A stretch of DNA of 47,093 bases from a virus. Its lineage: Duplodnaviria > Caudoviricetes. The notes beneath the pieces are model-generated. The model made no database searches. It saw only the letters and a program-made list of their open reading frames with translations, and was not told where the DNA came from. Each line of letters starts with the position of its first letter. Position 1 is the stretch's first letter. Position numbers and translations under genes: made by a program. Below, one piece after another: positions 9,204 to 16,871 of the stretch. Where the stretch lies: IMG/VR virus record IMGVR_UViG_3300038321_000049, positions 1 to 47,093 of that record. One strand, given 5' to 3'.

Positions 9204-9885
9204 AGTAATCAGCTCCTCCCTCAGGTGCAGCGCGGTCTAAAGATAGTGCCAGCGCATCACTCATGCGTACCTTCCAGCCCTGTACTGTGCTGCGCTCACC
9301 TGTGTAGGCTTTCCCTACAGCTGAGATAGAACAGTGCAGGTAGTGGGCTGCCTCCGAGACGGAGCTGAAAGAAAGTGCATCTTCAGAGTCATCCTTGTAC
9401 AGAGTGATTGGTGCCTGAGAGATGTACTGCCCGTGTGCTTTCTTGTTCTCTATCATTCCCTCTCTGTCAGTGCGCTGAAGGTTGTTATAGGTGCAGTTGT
9501 TCTTATCTCCGTCAAGAAAAATTATGTAAGGCTTATCTTTATTGTTGTCTGTCGGAGCAAAGGTATCCATGACCAAAGTGTGTATGTAAGCTATCTTCTG
9601 CGGAGTGGTGTGTGGAATCCTTACTGTCCACAAGCCTTTGTTCTGCTTGAAGCATCCTGGGCTGCAGGTTTTAACAGGTCGGTAAGGTAACGGCTGAGGT
9701 AGTTCATCAGGGAGCGTATCAAGGGTGTAGGTTTCACGCTGCTCTTTATCCATGCGGTAGTTAACTGCTAACAGGTACTGTTGTTCAGATGCTACCAACC
9801 CTGTGTCACTGACGAAGCAAGGTAGGTCAGGGTGATGTTTCCACACAGGTGGGATAGTCGGATTAGGATTCATCATGTGTGGCAT
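9202..9885 (-). CDS. HNH/NUMOD-type endonuclease-like protein, probably catalytically degenerate
   Basis: N-terminal VWK..P....VSDTG.V; IHTLVMDTF...IIFLDGDKNNCTYNNL (HNH_3-like, with F at the usual His position); C-terminal NUMOD1-like FSSVSEAAHYL. Confidence 0.8.
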   Translation of the reverse strand: MPHMMNPNPTIPPVWKHHPDLPCFVSDTGLVASEQQYLLAVNYRMDKEQRETYTLDTLPDELPQPLPYRPVKTCSPGCFKQNKGLWTVRIPHTTPQKIAYIHTLVMDTFAPTDNNKDKPYIIFLDGDKNNCTYNNLQRTDREGMIENKKAHGQYISQAPITLYKDDSEDALSFSSVSEAAHYLHCSISAVGKAYTGERSTVQGWKVRMSDALALSLDRAAPEGGADY

Positions 9886-10231
9886 TAGGCTGTACCTCCT
9901 TTGCTTTGGCTTGCTCTGCTTGCTCTGCTTGCTCTGCTTGCTTACTGGCTTTTCTTTTCAAGAGTATATTCTCCTGCTGCAGTATTGCTTCTTCGGTCAG
10001 GTCAGGTCTGAGTAAGATATCTGGGAAACATTCTTCCAGCACTGCACTGAACACTTTGTTGGTGGCATCAAAGGCTGCGTTGTTAAATGCTTCAGGGTTC
10101 TCCTTGCACTGCGCTTGGTACGTCCTTATGGCAGCCACCATACCGTTGCACATTATCTGTAGGAACTTGCTGTAGGTTATAGTTGATGTAGCCTTGATTG
10201 AGCCTTCTGTAATTGTTATTGTTGGTTTCAT
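9863..10231 (-). CDS. Hypothetical protein, first gene of the leftward operon
   Basis: 122 aa after AAAGGAGG and a consensus promoter; C-terminal AEQ repeats. Confidence 0.75.
   Translation of the reverse strand: MKPTITITEGSIKATSTITYSKFLQIMCNGMVAAIRTYQAQCKENPEAFNNAAFDATNKVFSAVLEECFPDILLRPDLTEEAILQQENILLKRKASKQAEQAEQAEQAKAKEVQPNATHDES
9911..9941. repeat. 9-bp tandem repeat (ttgctctgc x3), in frame
   Basis: Encodes QAEQAEQAEQ in the 122-aa ORF. Confidence 0.9.
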
Positions 10232-10256
10232 ATTGTACCTCCTTTACTATACATCT

Positions 10257-10285
10257 ATTATACTATAGATGGTAGATAATGTCAA
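10257..10285 (-). promoter_or_regulatory. Perfect consensus sigma-70/sigma-A promoter driving the leftward genes
   Basis: Minus strand TTGACA-ttatctaccatctatag(17)-TATAAT. Confidence 0.9.
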
Positions 10286-10289
10286 TAGT

Positions 10290-11140
10290 AAATATGGATT
10301 ATTTATTTATTTATAAGATAAACATATGGAGAATTATTTATTTATGAACTAAATATAGGGGGATTACTAGTAATCCAAAATAAAGGAAAAGAATAATCCT
10401 AGCAGGGGCATATTATATTATATACATATATACATATTATACTATTTTTAAACCCACCCCCTAGGGGTCGTAACCTTCCTTAGTGCAGAGTACCTATACA
10501 TATGTTGTACAAATAAACATTGTTAAACTTTTCACTTCACCCCAGTAAAGGAATAGTGTATAGTATATGTATAGGCTATACACATCCTAGACACCTATTA
10601 AACATACTAACTTAGTAGGTATAAGCTATGTATAGCTTTTACTGTTTTTGGTTGGTTTCTTAGTTTTCTTAATTTTTTACACAACTCTGTATATATATAC
10701 ATATACTAGACTCGAAATTTTTTACCCCTCTCTCACTTATTTTTTTTGGTATTTATGGAACCGGTTTCATATAATTTTATCATCATTTATATATATATAC
10801 TATACACTACCTAGACTATACATTCCCTATTTCTATTAAAAATAATTGTATATACAATAATATAATAATATAATATAATAATAATAATATACATATATTA
10901 GACACATATTGAATAACTTTAAGACACAAAGCCAGCTGGTGGTACAACAGATGTATAGTTTCCAATAATATACATACCTTGTACCATCAGAGCTAAAAAA
11001 AGTCAGAGACACACCCTCGTGGTTGCCGTCTAGTATATGTATAGGTTTTCATACTTTTTGTTAAATTATTAACACCTAAAATCTTTTAGATACCCTAAAT
11101 ATTTTTTAGGTCCCTAGCTTATGTAAGGCTGAATAAGTTA
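10290..11140. other. AT-rich non-coding divergence region (candidate origin / genome-end / control region)
   Basis: No credible ORF. Contains (TA)n and (AAT)n tracts, repeated TAGTATATGTATA(GG) motifs in both orientations and several inverted repeats; lies between the two divergent gene arms. Confidence 0.6.
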
Positions 11141-11142
11141 AT

Positions 11143-11391
11143 ATCTCCGACACGTGCATCATATACCTCAGCATGTCCACATTTTAAATTGACAAGATTC
11201 ATTTAAACAACAGAGTATATGAAATCTCTACACTCCAACAACGAGCCAATATGCCAACCAACTACGTAGCTTGTGCATATTGCTGCATTGTTTCCGTTCC
11301 GATATTTCATTTACGAACCTCTGTTAAATGAACCTTGACAATTTAAAAAACATGTGGACAAGCTAAGGAGGAACGTATAATGTACGGAGAT
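11143..11391. ncRNA. Approximately 250-nt rod-like imperfect inverted repeat covering the RBS and start of the first rightward gene
   Basis: Nested pairs ATCTCCG/CGGAGAT, TGTCCACAT/ATGTGGACA, TTTAAATTG/CAATTTAAA, TTCATTT/AAATGAA, AACAGAG/CTCTGTT, ATGAAAT/ATTTCAT and CAATATGC/GCATATTG. Confidence 0.6.
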
Positions 11392-11640
11392 GAAGTAGAG
11401 GTGTTAGATTATACCTTTAATAAACACATGAACACAGTAGAGTTCAGATGTAACAGGATAGGAAAACTAGACGAAGATATCATTCATGTAATCTACAACA
11501 GTAATCAATTAAAATTCTTAAAAAGATTTATAAAACAATGTGCATTCAACAAAAATAAGGTATTCAGTACCTGGGGTGAGGCAGTTAACTCACTCGTAGG
11601 TAGATATTTAACACTAAACAACTATAGACAGTTCAGTTAA
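11380..11640 (+). CDS. Hypothetical early protein (86 aa)
   Basis: AAGGAGG RBS; first ORF of the rightward arm. Confidence 0.7.
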   Translation: MYGDEVEVLDYTFNKHMNTVEFRCNRIGKLDEDIIHVIYNSNQLKFLKRFIKQCAFNKNKVFSTWGEAVNSLVGRYLTLNNYRQFS

Positions 11641-11675
11641 TGGGCTGTCTATTTTCAAGCAGAGGAGAAAGAAAA

Positions 11676-12065
11676 ATGATGAACTTAAAATTAAATAAGG
11701 TATCACCAATACTTCCAAAAGGAGAGTACACAGCTATTTTTAGAAGATACCAAGAGTTGGAGGACAAGGCTATAATAACCCTTAGCATCAATGACAAGCC
11801 GTACAAAGTATGGCTGAATAACAATGAAGTCATTATCAATGGTGAGGTTACAAGTGGTGCACAGATGACCATTGATGCCATTGCACAGCAAGTAGCCACC
11901 GCATATCCCAATATTATGGACAATGCCGAGACAGTACAGGAGTTGTTCACAATGTTGAAAGAACAGAGCCTCAATACATGGGTGACCGTGTATGAGGATA
12001 GGTTAAATAATTTCCAGTTCTATAAACCAAAGAACTGGGATGAAGCAGAAGCACTAGGACTATGA
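11676..12065 (+). CDS. Hypothetical protein, possibly OB-fold/DUF669-like ssDNA-binding
   Basis: Start re-assigned to ATG 11676 after AGAGGAG. N-terminal ILPKGEYTAIF resembles DUF669 starts. Confidence 0.6.
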   Translation: MMNLKLNKVSPILPKGEYTAIFRRYQELEDKAIITLSINDKPYKVWLNNNEVIINGEVTSGAQMTIDAIAQQVATAYPNIMDNAETVQELFTMLKEQSLNTWVTVYEDRLNNFQFYKPKNWDEAEALGL

Positions 12066-12093
12066 TAATATGATTCATGTGGAGGGAGAACAT

Positions 12094-12762
12094 ATGAAGA
12101 TTAAATTTGATATATTTAATAAGAGCAATAACAGCGTAACCACAGATAAGGGCACGATTGAAAACGTGTCCGACTGGATAGACTTATTATACACAGCCAT
12201 TAGGCTGAACGTGATAACATCCATTCAGCTGGACACATACAGGGTAACCACCCAGATAATTAAAGCCTGTAAATTTGCGCTGTATAAGAATAAGCCGTTG
12301 TATCTCAACGGTGAAGAACTGATATATTTCAATCAATTGAATAAGTATACACAGGCAATTAGTGATTACTTTCAGAAGAAAGAAGAACAGGAAGATATCA
12401 ACGCATGTTTGGATATTATATTCAGCCCAGAGTATCCTGAGCTACTTCAGCATTACCGTAAAGGCACGCTGAAAGAATTTATCAGAACATGGGTTAAAGA
12501 GTTTCCACAATCTATGACATATGTGGACAAGCCATGCCATACTACCTATAAGGGAGCATCGTTTGACTACGATTACACACGCAGGAAGACAGTGTATACT
12601 GTCTCATTGTTGGACATGCTCCAAACATATACCTCAGAAAAATGGTGCAAACAACATGATGTCCCTACTATGCAAGATATTCATGACCAGGAAATGGAAG
12701 CTGTTATACTTCCGTTCAGTGCATGTGAGAAGTCAGTCAGCAATTCGCTTTACTCCAACTAG
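12094..12762 (+). CDS. Hypothetical protein
   Basis: Start likely ATG 12094 after GGAGGGAG; no recognised motif. Confidence 0.7.
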   Translation: MKIKFDIFNKSNNSVTTDKGTIENVSDWIDLLYTAIRLNVITSIQLDTYRVTTQIIKACKFALYKNKPLYLNGEELIYFNQLNKYTQAISDYFQKKEEQEDINACLDIIFSPEYPELLQHYRKGTLKEFIRTWVKEFPQSMTYVDKPCHTTYKGASFDYDYTRRKTVYTVSLLDMLQTYTSEKWCKQHDVPTMQDIHDQEMEAVILPFSACEKSVSNSLYSN

Positions 12763-12911
12763 GAGTAAGGCGAGTTAGCTCACCGAGGATTATTATGTCC
12801 TTATTAAAGTAATAAGTATTTCATTCAGTCAATACCTAAGTTGAACACAATCTCCCAGTGATTCGATTTGTTGCGCTTATCGCACAGGTATTGCCTGAGT
12901 GAAGTGCTTAT
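12742..12911 (+). ncRNA. Structured RNA element (three stems) between early genes
   Basis: 15-bp stem 12742-12756/12762-12776, short stem 12786-12801 and long stem 12812-12837/12886-12911. Nearly all non-Watson-Crick pairs are G-U on the + strand. Confidence 0.6.
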
Positions 12912-12919
12912 GTTAGTAT
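12891..12919 (+). promoter_or_regulatory. Putative sigma-A promoter for the Ubl-RT operon
   Basis: TTGCCT-N17-TAGTAT with extended -10 TG, about 80 nt before the 13001 ATG. Confidence 0.6.
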
Positions 12920-13000
12920 ATATACATAGGTACTTGACGGACGTGGGTGTCCAAGTAACTAAGTAAACAAAATAAAAAAAATCCTAAGGAGGAAACAAAA

Positions 13001-13360
13001 ATGAAAGTAACTTTCGACGAAGAAACAAAGGTACTGCAGGTAGTAACAGACATCACAAAGGAGGTGGCTGAGGCAGGAGTAACACAGCTGGTAGCAAAAG
13101 ATGACAAAGGTAATGAGCTTTATAAGTTCTTCACCAGTAAAGACGGTAACGCAGCTATCGGTGAGTTCGGCTTGGTTTGTAACACATATGTAAACGGCTG
13201 TGCTGCAGTCGTCATGGTACTCCCAGCAGATGAAACAAAAGATACTGTAAAGAAGATTTACGGCAAATCTCTTGTTACAGCACGGAAGTACAACGATATC
13301 GTTACAGCTCAGGCAGCAGCTGAGATTGAAACTATCAACTCTCTGTTTGATGAGGAATAA
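13001..13360 (+). CDS. Hypothetical protein (119 aa), first gene of the Ubl-RT operon
   Basis: Strong RBS TAAGGAGG; no recognised motif. Confidence 0.8.
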   Translation: MKVTFDEETKVLQVVTDITKEVAEAGVTQLVAKDDKGNELYKFFTSKDGNAAIGEFGLVCNTYVNGCAAVVMVLPADETKDTVKKIYGKSLVTARKYNDIVTAQAAAEIETINSLFDEE

Positions 13361-13376
13361 TCCTCAAGTTATTATC

Positions 13377-13404
13377 TCTCAGCCTGACCTAAGTTGGGCT
13401 GAGA
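13377..13404 (+). promoter_or_regulatory. Intergenic hairpin without U-tract (processing/stabilising element?)
   Basis: TCTCAGCCTGAC-ctaa-GTTGGGCTGAGA, a 12-bp stem with two G-U pairs. Confidence 0.55.
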
Positions 13405-13459
13405 TATCAACTATCACATACCTCAACAAAGTTTTAAAGAAGAAAAGGAGAAAACAAAA

Positions 13460-13699
13460 ATGATTAGACTTACAATTGGAACAAACACGAAAAGAAGTAC
13501 AGTAGTAGTAGAGCCAGAGACTATCCTTGCAGATGTTCTTGAGGAACAAGAAGTAAGCACAGCAGGTGCAGCACTACATCTCAATGGTACTTTAATACCA
13601 GGTGTAGATATTGATAACTCTCTTGAAGAGTTAGGTGTACAGGACAACACTTCAGCTACTCTGATTGCAGTAGTTAAAGCTGACTCAGCAGTCCTTTAA
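13460..13699 (+). CDS. Ubiquitin-like (beta-grasp) protein
   Basis: 79 aa. Pattern MIRLTI..RSTVVVEPETILADVLE..LHLNG..IDNSLEELGVQDNTSATLIAV parallels ubiquitin (MQIFV..TITLEVEPSDTIENVK..LIFAG..DGRTLSDYNIQKESTLHLV). Lies in an E1/JAB/E2 cassette; ends KADSAVL with no Gly-Gly. Confidence 0.82.
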   Translation: MIRLTIGTNTKRSTVVVEPETILADVLEEQEVSTAGAALHLNGTLIPGVDIDNSLEELGVQDNTSATLIAVVKADSAVL

Positions 13700-13705
13700 T
13701 TAAAT

Positions 13706-13779
13706 GCCTGCCGAAAGGTGGGCTGTATTCAGCACAGACTTATACTTATCTGTGTTGGGTACAGTCCATCTTTTATTTT
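13706..13779 (+). terminator. Terminator with overlapping alternative GAAA-tetraloop hairpin
   Basis: 22-bp stem 13717-13738/13749-13770 followed by TTTTATTTT; competing GCCTGCC-GAAA-GGTGGGC at 13706-13723. Confidence 0.75.
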
Positions 13780-13793
13780 GAAGGGAGTACAAA

Positions 13794-13898
13794 ATGAAAA
13801 GACAAGTAATAAGATTTATAATAAAACTATGGATAGTTGCTGCATCTATATGGTTGGGAGTGATGTCTTTAGTAATAGCTAACATGCTGATTAAATAA
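13794..13898 (+). CDS. Small membrane peptide (34 aa), not in the ORF track
   Basis: RBS AAGGGAG; MKRQVIRFIIKLWIVAASIWLGVMSLVIANMLIK*; basic N-terminus and one hydrophobic helix; fills the gap before the next RBS. Confidence 0.7.
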   Translation: MKRQVIRFIIKLWIVAASIWLGVMSLVIANMLIK

Positions 13899-13914
13899 TA
13901 TAGGAGGAATAAAA

Positions 13915-15402
13915 ATGGATAACCAATATATAAGTAGAATGGAGCGTGAATTTAGAAACACAAGTACATCTAATTTCTACCGCAGCACTAAAATACCTTC
14001 GTTACGTGTAATTATACAAGCATTTTTATGGATGAAAATGCCAACATTGGATGAAAGTTTAAAAGAAATCTTTAATACTATACAGTTTATTGCTTATGCA
14101 GTCAGCAAAGGAGTTACAGCTGACGAAACACGTGTACAACGAGAAAAAAATATTGTGCATGGTATGATAAATTATAACGCTAATACAAGTATTATTGTTA
14201 TCAACACTATAAATAACCGCAACCTTGGAGATGCGTTATTAAATTATTATAAAGAAACAGAAGGCTATACTGAAGTAGAAGGCACACGTACCTATCTTGT
14301 GCTTAGTCCTTACCACAGAGTACATCTATTATCTAAAATTAAAAGCAACGAAAAAGTAGAATACATTTTATTTACAAATAGGATAGACGCGCAGGTGTGG
14401 TTTAGATTATCAGGAGCTATATTATATGACGCATTAGAAAATATTGAAGACGAAACATGGGTCAAAGATATATCCGAAGCTCTAGGCAGTGACCGTTATG
14501 GTGCTTATTTGGAGATGCTAAATGCAAAATGTGTGAGTGTGTTAGGTGATATTAATACTACACTGTTTGAAGAAATTGTAAGCAAATTAGATAAACAAGT
14601 TAAAGAAGTAGCTCTAAGTAAAATAAATGCACAGATAGAAAGATACAGACAGCAGATAGCTGTTTTAGAAAATCAATACAGTAATGCAGTTAATGCATTA
14701 CAAAGTGCACGTAATAGATATATTGGATGCTCTATAAATACAGAAGACTTAGCACTTGCTGATTTTATACGTGCTAATAGAGCACAGATACCTTTTATCC
14801 GATTGGTGCGTGAGCGTTTATATATAGTTTATACAACAAAACTATTGTACTGGAGTGAGGATATTTTTAAAACACTTAGAACACACGGACCAAGCTACAT
14901 TAGCAATCATCCTAATGCCGCGGTAGATTATATGATTACTAAGGTCTTTGAAGAACGTACTCATTCACTTTGGTTTGAAGAAGCAGTATGTATAAGTGTA
15001 GAGACATATGATAGTGATATACGATATATAGAACGTGACGGTTTAGTTAATAATGATGCTGATGGTTATATGAAGCTTTCAAAACGTACAGGAATAGATA
15101 ACCCTCATCACAAATATTATAATTGTTGGGGAGATAATAAACCTGCTATTATAAAAGCATTAACAGAATCAGATTATCCTGTAGCTTTAGCACAAATATT
15201 TGCAGCCATAGCAGGAATTAATTTCAGTGACGGTATTGTGATGGAAGATTTTTTTATACGTACCTTTGCAGATAGAAGTAATACAATAAATCAAATCCCC
15301 TGCATTGAGGTAAATAAAACAGGTGAACGTATAACTATTGAAGAATTATATAACAGGAGGGAACAAGATGAAGATGATACATCCAACGAACAGGCAGATT
15401 AA
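13915..15402 (+). CDS. Coiled-coil protein with C-terminal prokaryotic E2 (ubiquitin-conjugating)-like domain
   Basis: C-terminal NPHHKYYNCWG resembles the E2 HPN/HPH...C-x-G active-site segment and is followed by helices; central heptad-rich region; flanked by Ubl and JAB. Confidence 0.65.
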   Translation: MDNQYISRMEREFRNTSTSNFYRSTKIPSLRVIIQAFLWMKMPTLDESLKEIFNTIQFIAYAVSKGVTADETRVQREKNIVHGMINYNANTSIIVINTINNRNLGDALLNYYKETEGYTEVEGTRTYLVLSPYHRVHLLSKIKSNEKVEYILFTNRIDAQVWFRLSGAILYDALENIEDETWVKDISEALGSDRYGAYLEMLNAKCVSVLGDINTTLFEEIVSKLDKQVKEVALSKINAQIERYRQQIAVLENQYSNAVNALQSARNRYIGCSINTEDLALADFIRANRAQIPFIRLVRERLYIVYTTKLLYWSEDIFKTLRTHGPSYISNHPNAAVDYMITKVFEERTHSLWFEEAVCISVETYDSDIRYIERDGLVNNDADGYMKLSKRTGIDNPHHKYYNCWGDNKPAIIKALTESDYPVALAQIFAAIAGINFSDGIVMEDFFIRTFADRSNTINQIPCIEVNKTGERITIEELYNRREQDEDDTSNEQAD

Positions 15403-16159
15403 TGCATTAATAGCTACAATCAGAGAGGATTTAAAGAAAGGTAAAGCTGCTAATGGTAAGATAGATGTACAGTATTTAATTCCTGTACCAAAGAATACAA
15501 AGAAAGCAGCACTTATCTATTCAGAGCAGGCAGCTAATAAAATAAAAATGCTGGTTAATTTATGTTCAGATGAAGTGGGGTGGCATGGCACAGCACACAG
15601 AGATGAGAAAGAAAATAATATATTTTACATTGATGATATTTTTGTATTCCCTCAAGAGGTTACAGGTACTACAGTCACACCGGATGAAACAGAGTATGCC
15701 ATGTGGCTGGCTGGACTGGAAGATGATACATTTAATCATCTCAGATTTCATGGACACAGCCACGTAAACATGAACACTAATCCTTCAGGCACAGACACAA
15801 GCTATCAGTCAGACATGCTTCAGAACCTGGAAGATTTTTATATCTTTGGTATCTTCAACAAGCGTGATGATAACTGGATGACCATCTATGATGTAGAGAA
15901 CAACATTATATATGAGGATGAAGATATTATTTATGAAAATAAAGTTAATCCTGAAGCTACGTGGGCAGCTGCACAAATAAAAGAACATGTAACTAAGAAG
16001 ACATATTCATATAACAACAAGAAGAATACTAAGCCTGTAAAGAATAACAAACGCTTATCACCAGGAGAAAAAGCAATGAAAGAAACTAAAGAAGAACTAG
16101 AAACAAGAGAAGATAAAATGTGGTGGGATGAATTTTACGGACCAGGGAGGATGTATTAA
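15368..16159 (+). CDS. JAB/MPN+ metallo-isopeptidase
   Basis: Intact JAMM motif: E (DEVGWHG) ... HSH-x7-S-x2-D (HSHVNMNTNPSGTD). Start likely ATG 15368 after AGGAGGG. Confidence 0.9.
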   Translation: MKMIHPTNRQINALIATIREDLKKGKAANGKIDVQYLIPVPKNTKKAALIYSEQAANKIKMLVNLCSDEVGWHGTAHRDEKENNIFYIDDIFVFPQEVTGTTVTPDETEYAMWLAGLEDDTFNHLRFHGHSHVNMNTNPSGTDTSYQSDMLQNLEDFYIFGIFNKRDDNWMTIYDVENNIIYEDEDIIYENKVNPEATWAAAQIKEHVTKKTYSYNNKKNTKPVKNNKRLSPGEKAMKETKEELETREDKMWWDEFYGPGRMY

Positions 16160-16839
16160 TGAATAAAGCAAAACTATTAGAGTTCTTTGATGCAAGTGAA
16201 GTACGACAAACTATAAATGTAGTAGGCTGTGGAGCTATAGGTTCCCATGTATGCGAGCAGCTTGCACGCTTAGGGTTTACTAAAGTAAATCTGTATGACT
16301 TTGATACAGTAGAGGCACATAACATAACCAATCAGATGTTCTATGAAGGAGACATAGGACTACCTAAAGTAGAATGTTGTAAGGCAGAAATGGTAGCAAT
16401 CAATCCTGAACTTAAAAACTGTATTAGAACATATGAAGAAGGATTGAAAGCACCATATATTCTTAATGGTATCATTATTATGTGTGTAGACAACATTGAT
16501 TTACGTAGGGAAATAGTAAAAGCTAATCAATATAACCCTAACTGCACAGCTATCACAGACTTCAGGATGAGGCTGACAGATGCGCAGTGTTACTTTGCAG
16601 ACACACATAACAAACTATCTGTTAAAGCTATGTTGGATAGTATGGACTTCACACATGATGAAGCTGTTGCAGCTACCCCTAAGTCAGCATGCGGATATGA
16701 GCTGAGTGTTATCTATACAGTCAAGATGATTGTATCCGCAGGCATTGCAAACTTTGTACGATACTTGCAAGGACAAGTACCAAAGAAGCTAGTACTGATT
16801 GATATGAACATGTTTTCACTGGACACTTTTGACTTATAA
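16159..16839 (+). CDS. E1-like ThiF/MoeB family adenylyltransferase
   Basis: VVGCGAIGS nucleotide-binding loop, DFDTVEAHNITNQ, GLPKV, CVDN; candidate catalytic Cys in PKSACG; TAATG-coupled to JAB. Confidence 0.92.
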   Translation: MNKAKLLEFFDASEVRQTINVVGCGAIGSHVCEQLARLGFTKVNLYDFDTVEAHNITNQMFYEGDIGLPKVECCKAEMVAINPELKNCIRTYEEGLKAPYILNGIIIMCVDNIDLRREIVKANQYNPNCTAITDFRMRLTDAQCYFADTHNKLSVKAMLDSMDFTHDEAVAATPKSACGYELSVIYTVKMIVSAGIANFVRYLQGQVPKKLVLIDMNMFSLDTFDL

Positions 16840-16871
16840 TCAAAGGCATCTGTAACAGAAGGGAGAATGTT

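Noticed and set aside
11189-11340. Two TTGACA hexamers as promoters
   Set aside because: No acceptable -10 at 16-18 nt; they arise from the symmetric arms of the long hairpin.
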